Shown: positions 1-14,609, counted from the first letter of the whole stretch. The stretch is DNA of 56,698 bases, filler included, from Bipalium vagum (GCA_037834085.1; 3 parts of 3 records of this genome joined end to end with filler, not necessarily neighbours in it); one strand, 5' to 3'. Made by a program: numbers and translations. The notes: generated by a model from the letters alone, not told the origin.

Positions 1-50
1 AATATAGTAATAATGAAGCAGTAAAACAATTTCAATTTATTAAAAAAACG

Positions 51-76
51 CTAATAACTTTTGACTCAACCTGGTA
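51..76. mobile_element. Probable terminal inverted repeat of a mariner-type element extending left of the window
   Basis: ctaataacttttgactcaacctggTA; its reverse complement resembles the tcagggtgagtcaaaag terminus of the mariner at 22615 and ends in TA. Confidence 0.35.
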
Positions 77-876
77 TTAGTAAAAATAATATAATATAAC
101 ATTTAGGCTAGGGTTTATGCATTAATCAATATAATCATTACATGAAATTTATTTCAGTGGCTGAAAGAAATCACTTTGAAAAATGTTAAGATTTAGATTG
201 GAAACGACTATAAATCCTACATAATCTTTATAAATAAATATATAAAATAAATATAACTATTTTATATTTTTAAGTTTTTTATTCTATTTGATAAATATTT
301 CCTTTGTTCCGTGATTCCATAAATAGAACAGTAATAAAAGTAATTCTGATACTGCGTGACGTTAAATATATATTTTTTTAATTTATTATACGTAAAATCT
401 GATAAATTAATGATTATTGTTGTGGTTAATAGCTTTTTCTACTTTCACTGAAAATCAGAAGAATCCGGTTAAGAAAAATTATAAAATAATTGGAAGCTTG
501 AACCGGTTAAAATATACCTTCCTGCATCATATGTACTCAATTGGGTACACTGTTACAAAGAACTTTTGATAACGTTTATAAGTGATACATGAAAATAATT
601 ATTATTATGTTACAGACAATTTTTTTTGTTTTTTTTATATACATCTAACTTTACTTTTAATTAGACCAAAATGTGATAATGTTTTATATAAAATTAAATT
701 TTGGTTTTACTTACTTATTGTGATATTTAAATTTATTATTAGTTTTCACAAATATATTTTTAAAAAAATAATTATGAAGTATGTATTTAATGATATTATT
801 TTTTTCGAAACAATATAATTTTCTTTTAAGTGTTATTATTAAAATATTTTAATATTAATCAATTAAATATTAATAT

Positions 877-2454
877 TAACGGGTGGGTCGAACGAATTGA
901 AACAAAATGCTTAACTAAATATAGATATCTGAACATGCAAAAAATAATTTATTTTATATTGTTCCATCGATTAAAAAGTCTATTTTTTATAGATCAGAAA
1001 ATATTTTAGATTATCATTTGATAAAAAAATTTGACGAAAAAAAGTTTATCTTTGCAGACGTATTATGATTTGATTGGACAAATGAAGAAAGTCGAATTGG
1101 TAAAAAATTTTCTACTGGAAAATGTCCCACGTGCAACGATCTATGGGATCATCCAACTTTATTCATATTAAAGTTCACGCACAAAATTGGAAAGGCTAAG
1201 AAGACGGATAAATGGGTACTGTACGAATTGACCGAAAATCAAAAACATTTCCGTTATGAAATCTACTCCAGAATTCTTCCGCTCAACAAAAACGCATCGT
1301 TTCTTGATCGCCTAGTAACGTGCGGTGAGAAATAGTTGTTGTATGATAACCGATGACAATCTGCTCAATGGTTGAATTATGATGAGTGTCCAGGACAATT
1401 TCCAAAGTCAATGTCGCACCCGAAAAAAATTATGGTGAGTGTTTGATGGTCGGCCACTGGTCTGATTCATCACAGGTTTTTGAAAGTTGGTGAGACCATT
1501 ACTGTTGAAATGTATGTTCGAGAAATAGGTGAAAAGCACGACAGCAACAACCAGCTTTAGTCCTATCTTGCTTCATGACAACGCTTGGTCACACATAGCA
1601 AATATCACTCCAAAAAAATTGTACGATCTTGGTTATGAAACTCTTGATAATGCACCATACTCACCAGACCTAGTTCCAACAGACTTTTACCTTTTCAAGC
1701 AACTGGAGTTATTTATGCTTTGGAAACGAATTCAAAATAAAGAGGATGTGAAGAACGCTTTCTTGGATTTTATTGCTTCCAGGAGTCCTGCGTTTCATGC
1801 AGCTGGAATAGATATGATTATTCTGCATTGGCAGAAGTGTCTTGATTCGAAACGATTATATTTTTATAAATAAAGTTTTGTTTGGACCGACTTACTGAAT
1901 TTTAAATTATTTACTAAAATTCGGCCATTATTTTTGTACCAATCTAAGATATCATGAAAAATGCTTACAAAATTTATTGCAGTTTTTCAAAAAGCATCAT
2001 TCACATGATGAATATATTTATTGGCCAGACATTGTTATGGCTCATTATGCAAAAACAGCAACAGATTGGCTCGATCAACTCAAGATACCTTTTGTACAGA
2101 AACATATTAATCCACTGAACGTTCCTAAAGCTAGGCCGATAAAGAATTTTTGGTGGATTTTGGCTTATATGGTTTATAAGCAAAGTTCGGTGGCTAAGAA
2201 TGCAGATCAGCTAATGAATAGAATGAAACCACAGTTGAAAAAAATAGATATCGCAATTTTCCTAATCATGACGCAAAGTGTATGTGGAAAATTTTAAAAA
2301 ATTGAAGAACAAGGACCGTTTTCTATTATGTGATTGGTTGATTATTTTCAATTTCCTTTTCATATAGTTTTGATAAAATTATCAGAAAATAAAATTTTTA
2401 AGTGTTTTAGAAATAATGATTATTTTTGTCTCAATACTTTCGACCCACTCGTTA
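877..2454 (+). mobile_element. Tc1/mariner-superfamily DD37E (ITmD37E-like) transposon, decayed, interrupted by a nested mariner
   Basis: TIRs taacgggtgggtcgaacgaattgaaacaaaat (877-908) and the reverse complement of 2423-2454 (taacgagtgggtcgaaagtattgagacaaaaa), with TA at both ends. ORF 1977-2297 has WPD-x37-(E>K) and NPLNVPKARPIKNFW. N-terminal fragment at about 1082-1155. Confidence 0.8.
1165..1946 (+). mobile_element. 5'-truncated mariner (DD34D) transposase remnant nested in the DD37E element
   Basis: KWVLYEL (WVPHEL-like), LVTCGEK, ILLHDNAWSH and YSPDLVPTDFYLF motifs with stops and a frameshift; mariner-type right TIR tcggccattatttttgtaccaatcta at 1921-1946. Confidence 0.85.
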
Positions 2455-2637
2455 TTATATTTATTTTTTAATAGTAATAATGATATTGTTATAATGACAT
2501 TTATTAATATTATCATTATTATTATTAATAATCAGTAGTACTAGTAGGAGTATTAAATTAATACGTTCTTAAATGAAAGTGTTATAGTTTTAACATTTGA
2601 GATTTGCAATGATATAAAAATTCAATTTTCCTTTCAG

Positions 2638-2692
2638 AAATCAGATATATATGAGTAAATGTAATTGCCCTGGAATATTATTTACACCATCC
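2638..2692 (+). other. Possible host exon (NQIYMSKCNCPGILFTPS), parent gene unknown
   Basis: Polypyrimidine acceptor ttttcctttcag, open frame, gtaagt donor at 2693; no homology recognised. Confidence 0.3.
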
Positions 2693-3117
2693 GTAAGTAA
2701 TGAGAAGCAGCAAATTCAGACCTCTCTCAACATTTGTCAAGGCATAATGGGTAATAATTAGTTTCTTTATTAACTTTATTCATAGACGGGTACCTGTAAT
2801 TATTAAATATTTCTCCATAAATGTCTGTTCATGCATATATTTGGTTATGAAAACTGAAATCTTTGAAATTTCAAGAAGCATAATTATGGAATATTATTAT
2901 TTAAATTTCACTTAAAATGAAACTAGATGAATGACTTTTATCATGTATTATTTTTAAATTCGATTAAATCTTGGATATATTTTCTATGCCTACTTTTAAA
3001 AAAACATTTTACAGATACACTTTAAAAATAAATCTTCGACAACTTTCAATGGAAACATAATTAAAATGAAATTTTTCAAAGTTATTTCTGTCATGTATTC
3101 ATATTCATGTTCATACT

Positions 3118-4822
3118 TACTGTTTGTACCAAATAAGTCCGTGTAATAAATAGGAAAGCAATTTGATGGAAACACTCAACTTTTACATAGTAACATAACA
3201 TGTATAGACATCATTTTTCAACATAAGAGCCATTTACATCCCCGCACTTCTACCAGTGCTGGATCAGTTCATAACATGCACTTTCGAAGAAATCTGAAGA
3301 CTGATCACACAGAAATCTCTCCACCTCTTCTCTCAGATTTTCACAATTTGCAAAATGTTTACCACGCAAATGTTTCTTCATATATCTGAATAGGTAAAAA
3401 TCATTGGGAGCAAAGTCTGGATTGTAGGGAGTATGGTCCAATAGGTCAAATCTACTTTCCCTCAGATCTGACATGGGTGCTGCACCTTTATGGTTTGGTA
3501 CGTTGTCCTGGAGAAACCAATTTTGAATGTTTTGTTCCGACAAGAATAACACCAAGAAAATCCAAAAAACTTTTCCGTGGGAGTTTCCAGATCTCATCTT
3601 CCTGCAAATTGATTATTCGCTAAGATTTTCCATCCACTTGACTCGCGTTTAGATTATGGTAGATGCTGACTAAGAAGGGTTTTATCTTGCATGATGATAT
3701 TACCAAAAATAACTCCCCATACCGTTGGATAAGAAGGAGGTTTGCCTAAGAGCATTCCAGGCGCTTCTCATATATCTCTGATAAAAGAAAGTGGGGAACA
3801 AATCTAGACGCCAGCTTTCTCATTCTCAACTCAAACAGAATTGCTTGTATGGTTTCTTTTGCTCACACTAACAACATCAACCAGTGCCCGTGGTGTGATT
3901 CGACGATCTTCTCGCGGTAAAGATTCACAATTTTCTTTAATTTTGTTAGAAATGGGTCTCTCTCCTGTTTAAACAGTGCAATTCACTTGTCAATTGTTCT
4001 TGTGAAGGAAAGTTCTCGTCATGTCTCCTTTAATTGGGAAAATATTTGGCCATTGAAAACATGACATAATACCAGGATGGCTTAGCGCTGCGATATTCCA
4101 CTGCATCAATCATGACTTTCAGTAAATTTCAAAATCCCGCGAATGTCAATGTAAACTGTATGATAATTTAAAATAAACTACAGAAGATAAACATATAACA
4201 AAAATTGAATTGTCCGAAAAGTTCGATCCAAATTTTAATTATTTTGTTCAATTTTTGTTCCACAACCTTTTTCTATTCACCAGGAAAGTTGAATATTCCA
4301 TCCTTCCAGAATGTCTTAGATTTTTCATCGAAAAAGTTATCCAAGTGACTTTTGATATCATCCAAGGAGATAAAGTTTTTTCCATTAAGTGAATTTCGCA
4401 ATGACCTGAATAAATAGTAATCGGTGGGTGCAAGGTCTGGTGAATATGGCGGATGGGTAGCATTTCCCAACTCAGCTCCAAACACTTTCTTGGCGGTCAA
4501 AGACACACGTGGACGCGCATTATATTGTTGAAACACTACTCCCTTCCAATTCACCAGTGCTGGGCGTTTTCTTTCAAGTTGTTTGTTTAATTCGTCCAAC
4601 TGCGAGCAATATTTTTCAGAATTTATTGCCTGATTTGTTTTTAGAAGCTCAAAATATAGAATTCCTAGCGAGTCCCACCAGACACAGAAAATAACTTTTT
4701 TGGGTGAAGACTGCTTTATGTGGTGGTTAATGGTGGATCACATGACAATAGTTACAATAAAAATTTTATTACATTATATTTCTTTCCCACACGTAGCACG
4801 GACTTATCAGGTGTACTACGTA
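3118..4822 (-). mobile_element. Decayed mariner element carrying a second mariner insertion
   Basis: ORF 3250-3597 has FLQDNVPNH and HTPYNPDFAPNDFYLF; upstream RKLASRFVPHFL and an HTH-like start near 4113; imperfect TIRs share ataagtccgtg (about 3133-3143 and reverse complement 4797-4807). Confidence 0.75.
4204..4735 (-). mobile_element. Mariner 3' half nested inside the 3118-4822 element
   Basis: ORF 4273-4599 has KGVVFQQYNARPRV and HPPYSPDLAPTDYYLFRSL; mariner-like TIR attgaattgtccgaaaagttcg at about 4204. Confidence 0.8.
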
Positions 4823-5559
4823 TATTCATATTCATGTCTTATATATTCATACTTATAATTCATAATAAAATTATGAATTCTTTCATAATATTCTTATATA
4901 AAATTGTTTAGTTATTTACTTAAAATAGTGTAGGTTTGTCAATTTTTTAAATTAATATTTGGAAAATTAAAAAGAAACCACATTTGGATTGAATTCTATA
5001 CAAAAAAAAACATTTAAAGTTTCATCTTAAAACTGTACAAGTTTCGGTAAATGAGTTTCAGAATTATTAATTGTTAGAAGAGAAATTTCTCTTTGAGCTT
5101 GGATTTTTATTTGAAATATAAGCCTGATTAATATAAATAAAAATAAACTGTCTCGATTATATAAGAATAATTGGAAGAGAAATATTTTAAATAATTCTAC
5201 TAATTTTAATTTTATTTATTTATTTTAAGTCATTCTATTTTATGTAGTCATTTATTATATTATTGTTAGTAATAATAATAATTTGATAATAATAAAATAA
5301 AAAATTTGATTTTTTTTATCTTTCATATGTAACTGTTTCAAGAATTGTTTTCTTTTTGAAAATTTAATTTAGGACTGGAATGACAGAAAAAAAAAGATTA
5401 AAAAATTAATTATATTTCCACTTTGTTTTTTCAATAAATATTCTCCTACTTTAAAAGTAAAGTATTGTCATTTTCGAGACTTATTTCCTGTATATCTTTC
5501 GATTTCCTCAACGAACATTTGGTTTTTAATTTTTAAAAATTTTATCGTGATCACTTTTA

Positions 5560-5898
5560 AATAAAGAACATAAATAATGAAGGAATTCGATACCTTATGA
5601 AATTATATTTCATTAAAGGCAAAAAAACAGGATGCGAAAAAACTTAGTGTGGTTTATGATGCAGATATTGTAACTGATAGAACTGTCCGTGAATGGTTCC
5701 ACCGATTTCGCTCAGGAAATTTCGACGTCAAAGTCGCACCAAGTTCTGGCCGTATAACTTGTGAAAAAGTCGACATAATCATTCAGAATTCATTCAATTG
5801 AAATATATAATGACATTATTGAATTTAAAATAAATCAACATTTCAATAATAAATTTAAATAATACGTAAACCGACATTTCTTTTGCATCAACCAAATA
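5560..5898 (+). mobile_element. Internally deleted mariner (HTH fragment plus right TIR)
   Basis: VYDADIVTDRTVREWFHRFRSGNFDVKVAPSSGR; terminal ccgacatttcttttgcatcaaccaaata. Confidence 0.7.
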
Positions 5899-7269
5899 AA
5901 TACGTTTGTATCAAGAAAATATAAAAAATGTTCGAATTAAATTAATATTCATTTTTATTATTTTTATGAAAATTACTGATAATTTGATAGTATAATTACA
6001 CAAATTACTCTTAAGCCAATTACCAATGAAATATTGGGTAAATTATTAAATTTTTCCAAAAAAATTGTTTTAATTATTATTTTCATTATTTAAAACAAAT
6101 TCAATGAAAAAATTAAATTTTTCTATTTTTCTTGTTTTAAAAAAAATAGCCAAAAATCTGGTGATTTTTTCAATTGAAAAAACTAATTTATCAAGAATAA
6201 TTTATTCCTAAAAGTCATTAATAGGAAAATATCGTTGAAAAAAAAATAGAAATTAATTATCAACCTGACAGTCCGAAGATAATTGTTTTTCTAATCATTA
6301 ATTAGAGGTTACCTTTCATTAAAACAAATGAAACGAAAGTTTTCAGTTCTCAGTTGTAAAGAATGAATGGCTTGAGAGACAACCTAATGAAACTTTGTAA
6401 GGTAGATAATATTCTCCTGGGAATCTGTCGTTATCAATATCTAGAAAAAACGTATTTTCCAAAGCATAAGACTTTTTCAATGTTAAATTGTTTAAATAAG
6501 TGTTTCGTAAAGATGCTTCAATCACAATCTACATCTTTGGCTTATTATTTTTGAGAAAATTTTGTGTTATAATAAAATAAATAAAATATTAAATATTGGC
6601 TTAAAAATATAAATAAATATAAACTGGAGAAATATCTTCAATGTTTGATGAAAAGGGCTACCCCAGGTGCCTTTGAGACCAAGATCAAAGGCAAGTTGAA
6701 AGAAAATATTATTTCAATTATTTTATTATTTTATGGACTTATTCAATTACACAGATCCACAAGGAGAACAATATTAAATAATAACGATTGACATATTTCG
6801 TTAATTAAAGTTCCTGATTAACATTATCTAATTGAAATCTAGAAACATGAACGATATTGGTTCTGATATGATCTAAAATCCAGATTTAATTATATAATAG
6901 AAAGTAATTATACAATGTGAGACATATGTCATAACCACAGTGGAAAAGACATATTTTGCCCATTTACTTCGTGTACTGCATTCGGTCAGGCTTAAAAGTT
7001 CTTCGTAGCTTCTGATGGATCAGTTTAATGGATGGACCAGTACGATTTCTGGTACTTAATTCAATTGAACGAAAGATCATGTTTCAGATATAATATAACA
7101 GGCACATTTTCAATGTTCACAAATGAAAAAAAACTTGATTATTTAATATTTGATTAATAAATATCAAAGTTCTCTTTAATGGAGGAAAATTTGATCTGTT
7201 TAATTATAACCCTTTGAAGAGTATAAATGGGAGAATTTTTTGAAAAAGTGGTTAATAAAATAATAAAAA

Positions 7270-7480
7270 AAAATTTTGGTTGAGCACAACGAGGCTTGTC
7301 TTTGACGCTGAAATCACCTTTTTTTTAAATGTCGAAAACATTCCCGATATGACTTATCACTTAGAGGTTTGTCACCATAAACTTTAACTAGTATTCTATG
7401 AGCACCAGTTGCACTTTTATCCAAATTAAAACAAAAATTACAACTTCCGCAAATGTTGCTTTATTAATTGAAAAATTTTC
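7270..7480 (-). mobile_element. Mariner N-terminal HTH fragment
   Basis: Reverse strand reads SATGAHRILVKVYGDKPLSDKSYRECFRHLKK..DFSVKDKPRCAQPK (Mos1-like HTH). Confidence 0.7.
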
Positions 7481-8034
7481 ATAATTGATGCAGAAAAAAA
7501 TGTTGTTTTGTAAGAAAATCAATTCGAATTTAACTGAAAATTATTCGCAGATGTTTAATCGCTTGGAATCAATTGGATCTTTGTAATCTTTGCATAGATG
7601 CAATACGTTGAAATATTATTGTTCATTCGAAGATACTTTTAATTACCTATGTAATTTCATCTAACTTAAATAGTATAAGAAAATGGTTAGATGATCAGTT
7701 AACAAACGATAATATTTCTCTGTTGCGGGATCCCAGTAACCGGGAGGCAGCTGGTATTCAATAATCAAACCTGATGATGAATAAAGAAGAAACACGAGGA
7801 AGATGGTGCCTATTGCAAATTTTCCTCAAAAGAGGTGGCATTTTATAAATAAATTTTTGTTTGATTAAAGATTTATTTCTAGAGCCATCTTTTAAAAACA
7901 GACAGACTTAATTTGTACACCTAATACATTAAAATTATAATTATATTTCTGATTTTGCTGTTCTAGAAACAGAAAAGATATTTATATTACTTTATAGATT
8001 GCCTGAAAAGTCTTTAACATAGAAATCAAAGAAT

Positions 8035-8900
8035 GTGGGAGTACATATAAAACTAATTATTGAAAATAATTTTGTGACTGCAATAGTAGTTAGTCCAATC
8101 TTATCTATAAATTCTGTTCCATGTGTAAAGTGGATTTCCGAAGGTCTTCTTAGTATCCTACAACTATCGCAATCTCTTCACTTGATTCAAAAAACTTGCC
8201 ACAAAGGAATTGGTTAAGATTTCAAAAGAGATAATAGTCACTGGGAACCAAATTTGAAGAATATCGATTCGTAATTTAGTTCAACCTTTCAAAAGCAATT
8301 TCAACGCATTTTGTGAACTGATATTATCTTTTCTTTTTTAATCAAAATCTTCATATATGATTTTTTTTTGTTTCAATCGATCCAATAGTAAAGTGCTTCA
8401 GAGCTGTACGAATTCTTTCACTGAAACTGCATTGGTAAATATAAAACAGTTCTTAAAATCAGTTATATTCTGCTCTAAATTTTTTAATCAATCTTCGGAA
8501 ATTTTTTTCGCATCGTCTTTATTGAATTGTTAAAAATGAGATATTACATTTTCAAAATTCATTTTGGCTCGTAATCTATGTTTCATAATATTTCATACAC
8601 GCTCATCCAAAATTCTTTTTGTATGAGCTATTTTAAGGGTAGGTATACCTTATGTTCAGGAATTTCAACAATAATGTTTTATCTTGACACAATTCTGAGA
8701 CAATCAATACGTATTATATCCTTAATCGATTTCGGTTTCATTTGAATGCATAGAATACACTCAACCAACAAATCGCTATGGATTTCTTTCCGTATTAATC
8801 CTTTTCATAAATAAAGACTCAATAACTGCGCGAATTTTCAAATTTAGCATTCTAAATGTGTTAAAAATGTAAAATGGACTTAACCAGATATTCAATTTAT
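8035..8900 (-). mobile_element. Highly decayed mariner transposase
   Basis: Reverse strand reads MLNLKIRAVI..KEIHSDL near 8850-8770 and YSSNLVPSDYYLF*NLNQFLCGKFFESSEE near 8263-8175. Confidence 0.7.
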
Positions 8901-11900
8901 AGATTTATTTGAAATTTAAAAGATTTAAAATAGACTATTTTATTAAAATAAAATTTTTCACATAATAATGCTCTTAATGTGAAATTTCACGCAACATACC
9001 ATTTTTGATAAAATATTTCTATTATTAAAAACAAACATAAGGACCTAATGTTAACCATTAACCAAAATCCAGTCTACAACGGTTAATAAATACGATTTTA
9101 TTATGAGCCCGAACAGCAATACAAAGGTTTTAAGGTTGCATAACATATTCTCTTAATTTTCTTTACACATATCACCTTTATCGTCGCCCTGGAATTAAAA
9201 AGTGAAGGCTTTTTCAAACTAAATAAAGAAAATTTTGAATCACAATGACATAAATACGTCAATGTCAACAATAAATATTCCAATTTATAACATTTTTTTC
9301 CTATAAAATATCAAACAGAAACGAAACATTTTATGATACACTTACGTATTAGGTAATCCTAAAAGTCATTCGATTTTTCCTTATGATTTTATACTAAAAA
9401 AGTAATGAAAGATTTTATTTAATAAAATATTTTCCTTCGTTCTGGTAAACTTTCAGTACCTCTTCTTTAAATTTTCTGTAATGTTTAATCGCAGTTTATT
9501 TTTAGTACAATGCTTAAACATATTTTTGTATATTGATGTAATTATAATAATTATGCTCCATATTTATAACAAATAATTAATTTTTCCAAAAAAAAACATT
9601 CAGACAATTCACAATTTTTTATAATTATGAATTAAATTGATTTATTTTTAATATACAAGTGTATTATTTGTAAAATATCATTAATTCACATATTTTATTT
9701 GAGATTTAATTATTATACTAATAAAAAATTATTAATATTAAAATTTAATTAACATTTTATTCACTGTGCTCTTGAACTATTGAAAAACCCATAATTTCAT
9801 AGACTCGTAATTTATGGAATTATAATATTTATTATTATTTCTTTATTATTATTATTAAAAATAAAATAAAAGACAATTTTTAATTTCACTCGGCAATAAT
9901 ATTGATTAATTATTAAGCATTATAAAAATTAATAAACTGAAAGAATTAATTCAAACAAATCAATCATTAGAGTTGTCGTCTAGGAAAAGAGTGACATCAT
10001 TTCGTACAAAAATTACCTTAATCAAATTCTTTACACTTTATTACTGGTCCATTGAAGCCTTTAAAAGTCGAACAATATTTATATTACATTATGCTGAAAA
10101 AGCTCATTAATAAAACTACAAGTATATCATAATATTCGAGTGTTTATGGTTGGGGGATTGGATTTGTAGGGTAGACTTGCCCGACTTTCGATTTTGTGAT
10201 GAGCTGTGATTGGTAATGGTGGTACCAAATTCAACGATGATGTACCATGGGAATGCAATTAGCAGACTGAATTTCAGTTGAATCAAAATCGAAACGTGAT
10301 TGATTATTTGAGGGGTTCTTCCAAAAATTCAAGATCTTTGACAAATCTCTAGAATCAAGACTTTTCAAGTAAAATTGAAGACATAACAATAATATTTATC
10401 GTAATTTAGTTGAGTTCAAAATCTGCTCGTCTCTGTCACAAGAGGAATTTTATTTATATTTTTCCGATATTTCCCCATATCGAAAAATAGATTTCCATTT
10501 AGTTTCCATAATGAACATTGCAAATTGATAGTATACAAATTAAGCGACCCCCCTCCCTTTCCCAATTGATTAAAATCGGTCTATTTTGTTTATTTTAATT
10601 TCCCCGTTTTCGTTCATTTTGTTTACATTATGCAAATGATATGAATTTTCAATGAAAATAAATCATTTTATCTTGTCATTTTTTATCATCTAAATACCAC
10701 ATTATTTTATTATTTTAATATCCGTTTTTAATTAATTCCTCTAAACCTGAAAATGAATGAAAATGATGGTTTTATTTTTCAAACTTTCAATATTTATTGC
10801 AATGGAGTTTGAGCACAAGAGAACATCAAAGAAAGAGTTTTAATTACATATTTTAAATTATTTATTTATATTATTGGTTTTTTTTGTTTTAATGAGAAAT
10901 AATTGACATTTTCATTGGAAAAAAACCATGATCATTTAAGTCATCTTTCATTTTAAGACTTTTCATTTTAAAAGTTAACACTTGAACATAACTCCTCCAT
11001 CCGTTATGGTTTGCCAGTCACCATGATTTGTCTGGAGACAAATCATTGACATTTGAGGATGGAAAAAAGATGGAAACATGGTGGTGTAAGTCATCCCTGA
11101 AAAGACTTTTTAGTTGGCAAAAAATGGCATTTCAACGGAATATTTTATCGTTTTGTACCTTGACTTGTCTCCTCAGACTTTTGGTTGTTAAAAAAGGTTT
11201 TTTCTACAGAAAAATTCGAGTTATTATTACAATTTTCCAAATATTGACAACGGAAAATATTTTTCATATCATTAATGATTTTTACATGAATCAAAACTTT
11301 CATTTGCAAAATAATCAAAATTTCAAGTTACGTTAATTAAATTAAAAAGATATTTTTATTTTTAGATTTTTAAAATAATATTTTCATAGCTTTTGTAATA
11401 ATAATTTTATTATTATATTAAAATGTAATTAATATAATTAATTATTTAAAATTTGTAATTTAATTATAAATATATAATTATATAAAAATTAATTATAAAT
11501 TATACTTATTTTAATTTATATTTAAATAATTTTTGATTAATTCATTCGTTGAAGCATCAGTTTTAAATATTGATTGAAATAAATAAAATACAGAACAATT
11601 TTATTATCTGATGCTTTATAAATTAATAAAGATTACCTTCTAGAAATTCTGTAAAACCCACAGGCCTTTTACACTATTTTTACAGGTTACGGTGATTGGT
11701 TGGCTTTGATTTTCACAAAAATCATCACGAGGTTGCAAGTTCATTGATTAATTTTTCAAACCACAATTTGAAATTTTCAAACAAATCTTATTATCACATC
11801 ATGAGAAATTACAATAATTATTGATTTAATTGTAATTTTTAATTATCTAATTATTGATTTAATTAAATTCGATGTTAAGATACTTATTATTATGTAACAT

Positions 11901-13524
11901 TAAAAAGGGATATATATTAAATTTACTTAAATTTCCAAAGAAAAAATGATTTACAGTAAACTTTTTTTATACACCAATACATTTGTGGTAAATTGTACAA
12001 TTACTTTCTGCTTTGACCTCATATTTGAAATTAATTTAGCTAAAGATAAATGTTTTTATATTAGATCAATTATACACACTCCAATCTTTGATTGTTTTAA
12101 AACAGAATTAAATTTGATATATCTGATGAATTTTATTTACGTTCAAGGTTAGTGCAAATTTTGGGTTGTAATTTGTTTTTTAAAAATCATCATTATATTC
12201 TTTTTCCTCAATTTTCTTTATTTGAGTTTCGGGATTTTCTATATAATTATAAATTTTATTTTTATTCAACAAATTATTAATATATATTTTTATTTCTTTA
12301 AATATTATAACTATCGTCAGGCGGAGAGTATATATAATATTATAATTAAAATATATATGTATAAAGATAATATAGTTTTCTTGTTATAAAAATTGTTTTA
12401 CTTGACATATCCAAGAGTTCTTTGATCATTTGCTTATCAATACCCGAAAACATGTGGTTAATTTCGCTTATGTTTTCTTAATACTTAATAGTATTATAAA
12501 TAGTAGTATAGAAAATCATTTATTGATTAAGAACAACTTTAATCCATTATAAAATACCAATCCTTAGTGCGGAATAATAATGATTTTGATAATATTGGAA
12601 CAAAACACCTATTAAAATTATACCATTTTTAGGTCAATATTCAAATTTTACAAGTCAATGTTTTATTTGTGTTGGTATACTAATCTAGCCGCTGCATTGA
12701 CCAAGTTTCTTGTAATAAACTTATGACAACCAGCACAATCTTGTTAATTGTTTCGAATCCTCTAGCTATAAAATCTTTGAAATCGCCGTTCTCATCAGCT
12801 CTCAACATCTTTTATCTTTACGAGAACTTTTCTTAAACTCATTGATGATTCTATGCTAATGGTTTTATGCTGAGCGCGGAAGCAACTTCTTTTAAGTTCT
12901 AAGAATTTTCGAAATATATTTCCAGTAGGCTGTGTCGTTTTCCATTCGACACACTTTGGTTTTTCTTTTGAAAAGAATCTGTCCGTAATTATAAAAAAAT
13001 GTATATAAAATATATAAAAGTAACTCATTATTCATTGTTATATATATTTCAATATTTTTTATTCAATTTAAAATGTAGTACAAATGCAATATTTAAACAA
13101 AATTTGAAAATTCACGTAGAAATGGTATATCAACCATTCTAATCCACCGATACTCTAAACAAACCCAGGCTCAATTATCATGTTCAGCACATAAAAACAC
13201 ATACATCACAAATAAATAATTTTTTATCAAATTCACTGATGATAATTTTTTTCATAAAATAAAATTAGAAAATTTTATGCCTCATTGAACATTTTCACAC
13301 CAGGAATAAAAATAGGCTTATTCTGCAGAGTTTTAAGGAACGGCTCTGATGGTTATTTCTTTTTCATTGGATTCTGAAAAAGGAAATCTTTTATTTGATT
13401 CAATGGAGCATTGGTTATTTATATTTCAATAATAAAAGTTGATCAGATTTTGTTAACTTACTAAATAGACTGAGATAGAGCGTAAATAATTGAGAAAATG
13501 TTTAACTATATACGAAAGTAAGTA

Positions 13525-13750
13525 CAGTAATAATAATAAAAATAACAATGATAATAACAATAATAATGATAATAATAATATCAATTATATATAATTATAA
13601 TAATTATAATATTAATAATAATGATAATAATAATAATAAATAAGATTTATAGCAATGGTAATAATAATAATAATAATAATAAATAATGGTTATTATAATA
13701 TTATTATTATTAATATTAATAATAATGATAATATTATTATTACTATATTT
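13525..13750. repeat. (AAT)n/(TTA)n low-complexity tract
   Basis: Degenerate aat trinucleotide runs seen directly. Confidence 0.8.
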
Positions 13751-14609
13751 ATGCTAATATTTATATTTATACCAATACAATATCGCTTTAATTAAAATAT
13801 AACTGTAAAGTTATTCTAATAAATAGTTTAAGATGATAAAATATCTGCCAATTTAAACAACTGTATCAGTTTATGTTTGGCTTTCTAATGGAAAAATTAA
13901 ATAATATTAATTAACTTTCAAATGTTTTCAATTAAAATTTTTCCAAAAGTGTACAATAAAATTTCTTTTCAAAATCAACTGTTTTCTGGAATTTTTTAAT
14001 TGCCACTGTTAAATATCAAAAACGTCTCGTTTTAATGTAATCCAAAACACTTAAATTCCAAAAATAATTCTAAACCAGTAAAAGTTCAAAATATATTTAA
14101 TTATTTAAAATAGATAAAATTTGACAATATTAAATTTAATTAAATATCACTAAAATGCACAAATTTTAACTGTTGTAGATAATTAAAGTCGAATTAAATG
14201 GAAATATAAACTGAATTGGAAAAATTAGTTCTAAATTTTAAAAAATTAATTGAAAAATTAATTAAAACGATTTTAAAACTTTTATAATTCAGTAAAAAAT
14301 TTTTTAAATTGAAAAAATAAATAAAATTCGTTTAAAAATTCAATTTTTTGTATCATTTTTGTTTTAATTATTAATTATTATTGATCAGCTTAAAACAGTT
14401 CAGGAGATTAACCATATTAAAATATAAAAAATTATTATCATTTCAAGGAATAATTTATTACTTATATTTATTTAAAATTCATATTACTATTATAATTAAT
14501 TAATTATTAATTAATTAGTAATTAATTTTATTTATTCTATTTCCCTGTAAATACATTCAGAAAAATTAAATTTAAAAAATCAATTAACTTTTTTACTTTT
14601 TATTAGATG

